A stretch of 64,000 nt of DNA from positions 22,633-86,632 of the forward strand of contig CAZTES010000001.1 in assembly GCA_964612275.1 (NCBI GenBank), given 5' to 3'. Shown here one piece after another: positions 1-8,081 of the stretch. The notes beneath the pieces were generated by a model. That model had not been told where the DNA came from and searched no databases. It worked only from the letters and a program-made list of their open reading frames with translations. The stretch comes from an uncultured Rikenellaceae bacterium (GTDB lineage: Bacteria > Bacteroidota > Bacteroidia > Bacteroidales > VadinHA17). Within the stretch, counting starts at the first letter, position 1. Every line of letters starts with the position of its first letter. Made by a program: the position numbers and the translations under genes.

Positions 1-1
1 G

Positions 2-1288
2 CAAAATATTCATGCACAGGAAGAAGGTCTTTCTGACTCATTAATGCTGCTCAGGCAAGAACTTCGATCTCTGCAACAAAAATACGACCGGGAACTGTTA
101 AAGCTCGACAGCCTGATGATGCAACTTGAAACTAAAATACAAATTGGGAAAAAAGAGGATGATCTGCAAAAACTGCTTGACGAGGCGAATCAGCTGGCTG
201 AAAAGGAGAAGGAAGATGAGATGGATCTATCCAAGAAGTTTCACACGGGTGCTCGCCAGCAACAGGGATTAAATCCCAACATAAGTCTTGGGGGTGATTT
301 TTTTGGTGCATTCAGCTCATCTGACCATGAATTCATTACTGAACCGGGTGATTTTTCCTACGGAAACAATGGGTTTTTCTTGCGGGAAGTGGAGCTTGCC
401 CTGGTTGCACCGCTGGATCCGTTTACACGGGGTAAGAATTTCATTTCCATTACCCAGGATGGCATCAGCATTGAGGAAGCTTATATGGAATGGCTTAACC
501 TGCCCCTTAAGATGAATCTAAAGATTGGTGTTTTTTATACGGAGTTCGGGCCATTGAACAGGTATCATGATCATGCGTTGCCACAATTTGACCGCCCCAG
601 GGCACTTGTGAATTTATTCAGCAATGCAGGACTTGGTGGTGTGGGTTTTGCAGCAAATTTTATGTTACCGAGAGTTCTTTTTTCTGATGCCAGCACCTTC
701 GATATATCCATAATAAACGGTGGTAACGATGCTAGTTTCGATAGCGATCCTTATACCGGCTTTCTCTATATCGGCCAGTTCAAAAATTACTATGATATCT
801 CAGAAAACAGTTATTGCGAATTCAGGCTTAGTGGCGTTACCGGGAAAAATCCTTCCATTGGAGATAACAGATCCTATGTTGGAAGTTTGGGTCTTACCTA
901 TAAATGGGTTCCGGTGGGAAGGTCGAAATACAGGACGTTTGATTGGAAGACTGAATTTTTGTACAGTTACAGAGAAGAAGCTTCCGGAGTCATTCAGAGT
1001 AAGGGTTTTTATTCATCCATTCAAAATAAACTAAGTGCCCGGTTCTGGATTGGTGGCCGGGTTGGTTATTCGGAATTGCCTGATGATAACAGGCAACAGG
1101 AATGGGACTATACAATCAATCTCGATTTCTGGCAAAGTGAATTTGTCTTTACCCGTATTCAATATCAATACAACTGGAGGAACATTGTCAGTTGGGAATC
1201 CGACCCTGTAGGGTTGCTTCCCAACAACCACACTGTTCTTATCCAGGTATGTTGGGCATTGGGACCACATAAACATGAAGCATACTAA
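2..1288 (+). CDS. Porin-like outer-membrane beta-barrel protein with N-terminal coiled coil (5' partial, runs off window)
   Basis: ORF track 44..1288, but the frame is open back to nt 2, so the start is probably upstream. The N-terminus is Glu/Lys/Leu-rich and coiled-coil-like (QELRSLQQKYDRELLKLD...). Alternating aromatic/hydrophobic strands follow, and the protein ends in an aromatic residue (...HEAY). It lies directly upstream of metal ABC-uptake genes. Confidence 0.5.
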   Translation, partial: QNIHAQEEGLSDSLMLLRQELRSLQQKYDRELLKLDSLMMQLETKIQIGKKEDDLQKLLDEANQLAEKEKEDEMDLSKKFHTGARQQQGLNPNISLGGDFFGAFSSSDHEFITEPGDFSYGNNGFFLREVELALVAPLDPFTRGKNFISITQDGISIEEAYMEWLNLPLKMNLKIGVFYTEFGPLNRYHDHALPQFDRPRALVNLFSNAGLGGVGFAANFMLPRVLFSDASTFDISIINGGNDASFDSDPYTGFLYIGQFKNYYDISENSYCEFRLSGVTGKNPSIGDNRSYVGSLGLTYKWVPVGRSKYRTFDWKTEFLYSYREEASGVIQSKGFYSSIQNKLSARFWIGGRVGYSELPDDNRQQEWDYTINLDFWQSEFVFTRIQYQYNWRNIVSWESDPVGLLPNNHTVLIQVCWALGPHKHEAY

Positions 1289-1309
1289 TAAACGTTTAAT
1301 GCAAACATC

Positions 1310-2416
1310 ATGAAGAAAGAAAAACAGAAAGAATGGTTCTATACAACCGTTTTTATGTTGATATGCATGCTGTTGTGTGCAGGAACATTCAAGCTCCCGG
1401 CACAACAAAGAAACCAGCAAAGGACACAAACCCGGTATCGTGGAGGAGCATCGGATGGACCGTTGAACATTATTTGTTCGTTTTCCGATTACGCTGCCAT
1501 TGCCGGTCAGATTACAGGAAACCAGGCAAACATATCGTTTATTGCCCATGGTGAAAACGATCCTCATTTCATTCCCCCAAAACCCAGTTATGCCATGATG
1601 CTAGCTGGTGCAGACATGTGGGTTACCACTGGAATGGACCTTGAGATGTGGTCCACCACGCTGCTTGACAAAGCCCGTAACCGGCAAATCATGGATGGTG
1701 AAATCGGTTTTGTTGCCGTGTCGGATGGAATTAAAATTCTGCAAAAAGTTGAAAAGGGAGATCGTACAGAAGGAGATGTTCATTTAATGGGCAACCCACA
1801 CATCAATACCGGCCCGCTTAATTGGAAAATTATTGCTAAAAATATCACCATCGGGTTGATAAAGATCGACCCTGTAAATTCTGCTTTTTACGAGATGAAC
1901 CGCGATGAATTTTTAGAGAAGGTGGATCGTGCACTGTTTGGTAATAAACTGGTGGATCTTTTCGGGGGTGAGACATTAACCAAACTGCTTGAAAATAAGA
2001 CCCTGTTTACATTTCTTGAAAATTCCTATGAAGGAGGTAAATTGATTGATCATCTGGGGGGTTGGTTAAAGGAGGCACTGCCATTCAGGGGTAAGAAGGT
2101 TGTGGCCTATCACAAGAACTGGGCGTATTTTGCTGACATATTCGGTCTGAATATCATCGGATACATTGAGCCAAAACCCGGTATTCCCCCATCAGCAAAA
2201 CATGTACAAAATGTGATCCAGATGATTAAAGACCAGAAAATTAAATTGATGCTGGTTGCCAGCTATTTTGAGAAAAAATCCCCTCAAATGATTGAGGATA
2301 AAACGGGTGTTAAAGCGCTCTATCTTCCTCTCTTTGTGCAAGGTATTCCGGGAATCCATGATAATTTTCAACTGGTTGATTACTGGATCCAACAGATCAA
2401 TGCCAACATCCAGTAA
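1310..2416 (+). CDS. Metal (Zn/Mn/Fe-type, ZnuA/TroA family) ABC transporter solute-binding protein
   Basis: Signal-like N-terminus. Family-typical metal-ligand contexts are present: GENDPHFIPPKP, GNPHINT and VVAYHKNWAYF. Two ABC-3-type permease genes follow. Confidence 0.85.
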   Translation: MKKEKQKEWFYTTVFMLICMLLCAGTFKLPAQQRNQQRTQTRYRGGASDGPLNIICSFSDYAAIAGQITGNQANISFIAHGENDPHFIPPKPSYAMMLAGADMWVTTGMDLEMWSTTLLDKARNRQIMDGEIGFVAVSDGIKILQKVEKGDRTEGDVHLMGNPHINTGPLNWKIIAKNITIGLIKIDPVNSAFYEMNRDEFLEKVDRALFGNKLVDLFGGETLTKLLENKTLFTFLENSYEGGKLIDHLGGWLKEALPFRGKKVVAYHKNWAYFADIFGLNIIGYIEPKPGIPPSAKHVQNVIQMIKDQKIKLMLVASYFEKKSPQMIEDKTGVKALYLPLFVQGIPGIHDNFQLVDYWIQQINANIQ

Positions 2417-2467
2417 AAAGAATAAATAAATTGATAGCTTTATATTTCATGTTTAACCTAATACATA

Positions 2468-3316
2468 ATGCTGGATAATCTGGTCTTCCTGGCAGCTCCT
2501 ATTACTGCCTGCATACTACTTGCTGGTATTCTGAGCTATTTTGGCAACCACATTCTTTCGCGGGGTATCATTTTTATTGATATTGCCCTTGCCCAGATCG
2601 CAGCACTTGGAACTATGATCGGACTTCTATTGGGATTCGCTGAAGAATCACTTTCCGTTCAAATCATTTCTTATGCCTTTACTCTTGCAATAATATCCCT
2701 GTTTGCATTAACCAAATTCAGAAAGCAGGTCATTCCCCAGGAAGCAATCATCGGAATAATTTATTGCCTTGGCCTGGGATTGGCCATGTTGCTTGCCGAA
2801 AGAATTCCCGGCGGCTCCAATTTCATAACGAAAACCATAACCGGTAATATTTTATGGATAACCTGGAAAAACGTATTATCCTGTTTCATTTTATTTGCCG
2901 TCATTGCCGTTATTCATCTTTTCTTTCAGAAATCCTTTATTCAAATATCCAGTTCGAATGATGGTCTGCCTTTTCCTCCGGGAAAGACACGGTTATTTGA
3001 GCTTCTATTTTATATAACCTTTGGCATTGTCATTGTAAAAGCTGTCCCGGTGGGTGGTATTTTCCTGATCTTTATACTGCTGATCGCTCCCACGGCTACT
3101 GCAACTTTATTCACACAAAAATGGAGGGCCCGGTTCATCTGGAGCTGGATCATTGGAATCCTGGGATCTTTCAGTGGTATCTACATATCCTATAAACTGA
3201 ATATTTCAAACGGTCCGGCGATTGTTTGTCTTCTTGGTTTAATCGCTTTTCTCCTTGCTTTCTTGAAGCTTTCCATCAAAAAAATTCACTCCCTGAAACG
3301 TAACAACAAAAGCTGA
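2468..3316 (+). CDS. Metal ABC transporter permease (ABC-3 / ZnuB-TroC family)
   Basis: Polytopic membrane protein with the family pattern IIFIDIALAQIAALG near the N-terminus. Its stop overlaps the start of the next permease (TGATG at 3314-3318). Confidence 0.85.
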   Translation: MLDNLVFLAAPITACILLAGILSYFGNHILSRGIIFIDIALAQIAALGTMIGLLLGFAEESLSVQIISYAFTLAIISLFALTKFRKQVIPQEAIIGIIYCLGLGLAMLLAERIPGGSNFITKTITGNILWITWKNVLSCFILFAVIAVIHLFFQKSFIQISSSNDGLPFPPGKTRLFELLFYITFGIVIVKAVPVGGIFLIFILLIAPTATATLFTQKWRARFIWSWIIGILGSFSGIYISYKLNISNGPAIVCLLGLIAFLLAFLKLSIKKIHSLKRNNKS

Positions 3317-4179
3317 TGTTCACTGCATTAGAATTTATGCTTGCGCCCTTTGTGGCCTGTCTTCTTCTGATCCTTATCATGGTGTATTTCGGAATCCATG
3401 TGATCGAGCGGGAAATTATATTTATCGATATTGCACTGGCACAGATTGCTGCATTTGGCAGTGCTGTTTCCCTGGTCCTGCATGAGTTGAATATCGTCCA
3501 TCATAACCAGGGTGGCGAGCATGATTCAAGAACATTTATGGCCTATCTGTTTTGTACCCTTGCTGCAACAATTTTTACGGTGCTAAAAGATAAAAAGATC
3601 AAAATCCCACTCGAGGCAATTATTGGAATAGCATATGCCGCTGCAGCCACCGGTGCTGTCATCATACTAGACAAGGGTGCCGGCGGGGATGTACACATTC
3701 ATGATATGCTTGCCGGTGCAATTCTATGGGTATCATGGCCCCAGAATCTTCGCTTTCTGATTGTGGTGGTGGTCGTGGGAAGTTTTCACTACATATTCCG
3801 TCACAAGTTTCTTGGTTTAACAAAACATTACCATTCCGAAGAAACCGTGGTTTCAAATCCCAAATTGTGGGATTTTCTTTTCTATCTCAGCTTTGGAATT
3901 GTTATCGTTGAGGCTGTCAATGTAGGCGGAATTTTGACCATATTTGCCTTCCTGATTATTCCTGCCTCCATTTCCGCATTGTTTGCACAAACCTGGTCTT
4001 CACGGATCTTTATTGGCCTTACTGTTGGAGGCCTTGCAACCATCCTCGGGCTCTATCTTTCCTGGGTAATGGATATACCCTCCTCTCCTGCCATCATTCT
4101 TTTCCTAGGCGTTTGTTTGCTGATTTCCCTTCTGTTAAAATTATTCCATTTCACAAAAAAATCAGCGAAGTCAATATAA
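3316..4179 (+). CDS. Metal ABC transporter permease (second ABC-3 family subunit, TroD-like)
   Basis: Paralogous to the preceding ORF (EIIFIDIALAQIAAFG) and polytopic. Overlap suggests translational coupling to the upstream permease. Confidence 0.85.
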   Translation: MFTALEFMLAPFVACLLLILIMVYFGIHVIEREIIFIDIALAQIAAFGSAVSLVLHELNIVHHNQGGEHDSRTFMAYLFCTLAATIFTVLKDKKIKIPLEAIIGIAYAAAATGAVIILDKGAGGDVHIHDMLAGAILWVSWPQNLRFLIVVVVVGSFHYIFRHKFLGLTKHYHSEETVVSNPKLWDFLFYLSFGIVIVEAVNVGGILTIFAFLIIPASISALFAQTWSSRIFIGLTVGGLATILGLYLSWVMDIPSSPAIILFLGVCLLISLLLKLFHFTKKSAKSI

Positions 4180-4279
4180 GTCATATCCTGCCGGGTCCTG
4201 TTTTTCATCCATTAAGGCAACCGATCCTGTCTCCAAATTAAAATTGTTATTTTTACCACCGGGATGTTACTTCCGGTGT

Positions 4280-4873
4280 ATGACCAGGCAAAAAAAATTA
4301 GTTACAAGAACGTACCATATAAAAAATATGGTGTCCAATTGTGCTATTCACCTGCTGAAAGAAAAATTCAAACAAGCCCATATCCATGCCGAATATATCA
4401 CACTGGGATTGGCTGTATTACGCTTCGATCCCGGAGTCGTCACTGAAAAAAAAATCCGTCACATCCTTCAAAAATATGGTTTTGATATAATCCTTGGCCG
4501 TGAAAAGATCGTGGTTGAAAACATTAAATTAGCAATCATTGAACTGATCCACCAGTTAAATAATGTTGATTCCATCATCAGAAAATCAGATTACCTGGTG
4601 GAGAAACTGGGGATGAGCTACCAATACCTCTCCAGGGTTTTTTCTGCATCCGAAGGAATAACCCTCGAAAAATACATTATCCTCCAAAAGATAGAGCGTA
4701 TTAAGGAACTGGTTCACCAGGATGAATATACATTGAGCGAAATCGCCTATATGATGGATTACAGCAGTGTCCAATATCTTTCCAATCAATTTAAAAAGAT
4801 TACCGGATTATCCGTTTCAGAATTCAAGAAAAACGAAAACCCCCTTAAGAAACCCCTGGATAAGCTGTATTGA
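4280..4873 (+). CDS. AraC-family transcriptional regulator with small N-terminal ferredoxin-like (HMA-like, Cys-motif-degenerate) domain
   Basis: The C-terminal ~100 aa match the AraC HTH pattern (LVEKLGMSYQYLSRVFSASEGITLEKYIILQKIERIKELV...LSEIAYMMDYSSVQYLSNQFKKITGLSVSEFKK). The ORF-track start at 4244 is TTG; the first ATG is at 4280. Confidence 0.8.
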   Translation: MTRQKKLVTRTYHIKNMVSNCAIHLLKEKFKQAHIHAEYITLGLAVLRFDPGVVTEKKIRHILQKYGFDIILGREKIVVENIKLAIIELIHQLNNVDSIIRKSDYLVEKLGMSYQYLSRVFSASEGITLEKYIILQKIERIKELVHQDEYTLSEIAYMMDYSSVQYLSNQFKKITGLSVSEFKKNENPLKKPLDKLY

Positions 4874-4945
4874 TCGAAATTGAATAACCCTGATTTTGAA
4901 ATGGTTGGGAGTTAATCCGGATGGAACCGAACGGCTTCCGTACGA

Positions 4946-4953
4946 TAATTTTG
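4946..4953 (+). promoter_or_regulatory. Candidate Bacteroidota -7 promoter box (TAATTTTG = TAnnTTTG)
   Basis: Exact match to the TAnnTTTG -7 consensus in the 388-bp gap between the AraC gene and the PqqD-like gene. No convincing -33 TTG lies at the expected spacing. Confidence 0.3.
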
Positions 4954-5057
4954 TAACATTATTACAAAATATTATTACCCGGTTTAAAAGAATTTGGTTT
5001 GAATTTTGTAATGCAACCCTTACAAATCCGTTAAACATAAACAAAGAATTTAAAAAA

Positions 5058-5265
5058 ATGAAAGACACCAGAGCCATTTGCGGCTTTTTGTTACTATCAT
5101 GAAAGGAAACGGAGTGGAATATATCCCGGAAATTCTGAGCAGGGAAGCGTATACAAATATCCTGATTAAATGATGTATTATAACATTTTTACAAAATTTT
5201 ATAATAAAGATATGGCGGATATATCTTATTATTACCGCGGCAATACATTAAAAACAATAGCATGA
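5058..5265 (+). other. Chain of three overlapping micro-ORFs (14, 24, 30 codons) leading into the PqqD-like gene
   Basis: Read by hand. 5058..5102 encodes MKDTRAICGFLLLS. 5099..5173 encodes MKGNGVEYIPEILSREAYTNILIK. 5173..5265 encodes MYYNIFTKFYNKDMADISYYYRGNTLKTIA. The junctions are ATGA, TGATG and ATGA, the last shared with the 5262 start. Coding status is unproven. Confidence 0.25.
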
Positions 5266-5519
5266 AGCTGAAAAAGAATATTGCAATTAGCGAATCCGGG
5301 TTTGTTTTTGATCCTAACTCCGGTGAATCTTATTCCTTAAATCCCATCGGGACTGAGATTATTGAACTGCTGAACACAGAAAAAAATTATGATGAAATAG
5401 AGACCATCATGCTGAAAAAATATGACACGGATGTTGCTTCCTTTGAGCGATATTATTATGATTTCATCAGCATGTTGGAACAATACGGATTGGTGGAAAA
5501 AGATACACGAGAGGGATAA
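5262..5519 (+). CDS. PqqD-family (RiPP-recognition-element-like) small peptide-binding protein
   Basis: 85 aa. The pattern FDPNSGESYSLNPIGTEIIELLNTEKNYDEIETIMLKKYDTDVASFERYYYDFISMLEQYGLV matches the PqqD / peptide-chaperone family architecture. Confidence 0.7.
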   Translation: MKLKKNIAISESGFVFDPNSGESYSLNPIGTEIIELLNTEKNYDEIETIMLKKYDTDVASFERYYYDFISMLEQYGLVEKDTREG

Positions 5520-5618
5520 CCCTTTGTAATGGGTGCATTATCCGGCACGTTTCACCCGGTTTTAATGACCCTTCAGGATCGGTTTCATTCCAAATAACAT
5601 GCCTAAAAATCACCCTTC

Positions 5619-6665
5619 ATGAACAAAATAAAACTAACACTGGCTGCTACGGGACTCAACAATACGGATAACCCAGGTCCTGGTATACCGGTTATTCGAA
5701 GTATCAAAGAATCCACGGAATTTGATGTTCGGGTTATCGGGCTTGCCTACGAAACACTGGAACCCGGAATTTACATGCACGACCTGGTGGATAAAGTATA
5801 CCAGGTTCCCTATCCATCCGAAGGGTCAGACAACCTGATCAAGCGGCTTGAATTCATTAATTCAGTGGAGAACATAAATGTGTTAATCCCCAACTTTGAT
5901 GCGGAACTTTATACGTTCATAAAATCCTCTGCTATGCTCGAAAAAATGGGGATTCATACTTTTTTACCCACCCTTGAACAACTTGAGCAACGACATAAAG
6001 CGAACCTGCCTGAATTCGGTAAACAATACAAGATTGACGTTCCGCTCAGCAAAACCATAGTCAATCATTCTGAAATTTTAAGCCTTAAGGATGATTTTGA
6101 TTTTCCCCTGATGGTGAAAGGGAAATTTTATGATGCATATGTCGCCTACAATGAAGAACAGGTGAAAATGCATTTTAACAAGATTAGTGCAAAATGGGGT
6201 TTGCCCATTATTGTCCAAGAGTTTGTCAAGGGAACGGAAGTAAATGTTATTGCACTGGGTGATGGGAAGGGAAATACAGTCGGGGCGGTCCCCATGCGCA
6301 AACAATACATCACCGATAAGGGGAAAGCGTGGGGTGGTATCACCCTGGCTGATGAAAATATGTTAACCCTTACCCACAGGATCATCAAAGCTACAAAATG
6401 GCGGGGTGGAATGGAGCTTGAATTGATAAAAACGACCAAAAATGAACTCTTTGTTATTGAGATCAACCCGCGAATCCCGGCATGGGTTTACCTGGCTGTG
6501 GGTGCAGGACAAAACCTCCCTGCAGCACTGGTCAAGCTGGCTCTGGGTTATTCCGTAAAACCATTTGAGCATTACGATATCGGCAAAATGTTTATCCGCT
6601 ATTCGTGGGACATGATGGTTGGCTTAAAGGAATTTGAAACCCTGTCAACCAAAGGAGAATTATAA
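5619..6665 (+). CDS. ATP-grasp family ligase
   Basis: 348 aa. Has an ATP-grasp central and C-terminal pattern (PLMVKGKFYDAYVAYNEEQV..., IIVQEFVKGTEVNV, MELELIKTTKNELFVIEINPRIPAW with the E-x-N Mg/ATP motif). Confidence 0.8.
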   Translation: MNKIKLTLAATGLNNTDNPGPGIPVIRSIKESTEFDVRVIGLAYETLEPGIYMHDLVDKVYQVPYPSEGSDNLIKRLEFINSVENINVLIPNFDAELYTFIKSSAMLEKMGIHTFLPTLEQLEQRHKANLPEFGKQYKIDVPLSKTIVNHSEILSLKDDFDFPLMVKGKFYDAYVAYNEEQVKMHFNKISAKWGLPIIVQEFVKGTEVNVIALGDGKGNTVGAVPMRKQYITDKGKAWGGITLADENMLTLTHRIIKATKWRGGMELELIKTTKNELFVIEINPRIPAWVYLAVGAGQNLPAALVKLALGYSVKPFEHYDIGKMFIRYSWDMMVGLKEFETLSTKGEL

Positions 6666-6703
6666 GAGAATGCCTTACAACACAAATAAACAGTAAAAAT
6701 ACC

Positions 6704-8062
6704 ATGGAAAAACTACCATTTGAAAGACCATACATTAAGAAATTAAGTTCCGGAATGCCCAGTAAGTTTGGAATTAAAATGGAATTTGATCCAATTACTT
6801 CGATCGATGATCAATTGGTAAAAGACCTGATTAATGAATATGGCTCTCCCCTGTTCATCCTTTCAGAAAAGACATTGCGAAAAACATTTAATGATGCCAA
6901 ACGTGCTTTCTCAACCAGGTATCCCAAAGTACAATTTGCCTGGTCATATAAAACAAATTACTTAGACGCTGTGTGCCGGATTTACCATCAGGAAGGCGCC
7001 TGGGCTGAAGTGGTTTCCGGATTTGAATATGATAAAGCACGGAACAACGGTGTTGAAGGAAAATACATTATTTTTAACGGTCCTGACAAATCACGGGAGG
7101 ATCTGGAAAAAGCGATCAAGAATGATTCCCTGATCCACATTGACCATTTCGATGAATTATATCTGCTGATTGACGTCAGCGACCGGCTGAAGAAAAAACC
7201 AAAGGTTGCTATACGTGTCAATATGGATACCGGAATATATCCCATGTGGGACAGATTCGGGTTCAATTATGAAAACGGCGAAGCGTGGGATGCACTGAAC
7301 CGGATCATGATGAGTGATAAACTTGAACTCGTTGGTTTACATACTCACATTGGTACATTCATCCTTTCGGCCAATGCTTACCGTGTGGCAGCCATGAAGC
7401 TGGCAGAACTGGCCGTGAGCCTGGAGAGAAAATACGACCATGTCGTCAAATACATTGACCTGGGTGGCGGTTTTGCTTCTCAAAACACACTGAAAGGTGC
7501 CTATCTGCCTGGAACCGATACAGCTCCTTCTTTTGATGAGTATGCAGATGCCATTACCTCCGGCTTGATCAATTCCCAGATTAAACCTGAAAACATGCCG
7601 GTATTAATACTCGAAACCGGCAGAGCACTCATTGACGATGCCGGTTTTCTCCTGGGAACCGTCCTGGCCAATAAACGGCTGGCTGATGGCCGTCGCTCAA
7701 CCATTCTGGATATCGGTGTGAATATTCTTTTTACATCCTTCTGGTATGAGCATCAGATCACTCCTGCTCAGCCCTTTTCTCACCACACGGAAGAGACCGC
7801 TGTATACGGCCCCCTGTGCATGAACATTGATGTATTGCGAGAGAATATGCTTTTTCCTCTCCTGAAAAAAAGTGACCATGTGGTTATTAACAGGATTGGC
7901 GCCTACAACATGACCCAATGGCTTCAATTCATTACCCTGCGCCCGAATATTGTACTCATTGATCCGGAAGCACAAACACACATTATCAGGGAACAGGAAA
8001 CATTAAAAATTTTTGAATCCCTCGAAAGAATTCCCGGTCACCTGAAAGAGATAAAATTATAA
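6704..8062 (+). CDS. Fold-type-III PLP-dependent decarboxylase (Orn/DAP/Arg decarboxylase family)
   Basis: Family motifs are intact: PLP-lysine context FAWSYKTNY, GLHTHIGT, phosphate-binding DLGGGF, ETGRALI, catalytic-Cys context GPLCMNID and GAYNM. Confidence 0.85.
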   Translation: MEKLPFERPYIKKLSSGMPSKFGIKMEFDPITSIDDQLVKDLINEYGSPLFILSEKTLRKTFNDAKRAFSTRYPKVQFAWSYKTNYLDAVCRIYHQEGAWAEVVSGFEYDKARNNGVEGKYIIFNGPDKSREDLEKAIKNDSLIHIDHFDELYLLIDVSDRLKKKPKVAIRVNMDTGIYPMWDRFGFNYENGEAWDALNRIMMSDKLELVGLHTHIGTFILSANAYRVAAMKLAELAVSLERKYDHVVKYIDLGGGFASQNTLKGAYLPGTDTAPSFDEYADAITSGLINSQIKPENMPVLILETGRALIDDAGFLLGTVLANKRLADGRRSTILDIGVNILFTSFWYEHQITPAQPFSHHTEETAVYGPLCMNIDVLRENMLFPLLKKSDHVVINRIGAYNMTQWLQFITLRPNIVLIDPEAQTHIIREQETLKIFESLERIPGHLKEIKL

Positions 8063-8081
8063 GAACCAGTAATTGACAACT

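Noticed and set aside
1031-1567. 178-aa minus-strand ORF spanning the porin/solute-binding-protein junction
   Set aside because: It overlaps two well-supported + strand genes and crosses their intergenic gap, so it is very unlikely to be real.
4896-5102. 68-aa TTG-initiated ORF in the AraC/PqqD intergenic region
   Set aside because: It has a non-ATG start and it spans the candidate -7 box and both inverted repeats. Only its last 14 codons (from the ATG at 5058) are kept, as part of the micro-ORF chain observation.
4951-5531. Recurrent TTGTAA word as a dedicated operator half-site
   Set aside because: TTTGTAA also follows TAnnTTTG boxes upstream of unrelated genes (19533, 20565), so it probably reflects the extended promoter consensus. 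Only the two true inverted repeats are reported, at low interest.
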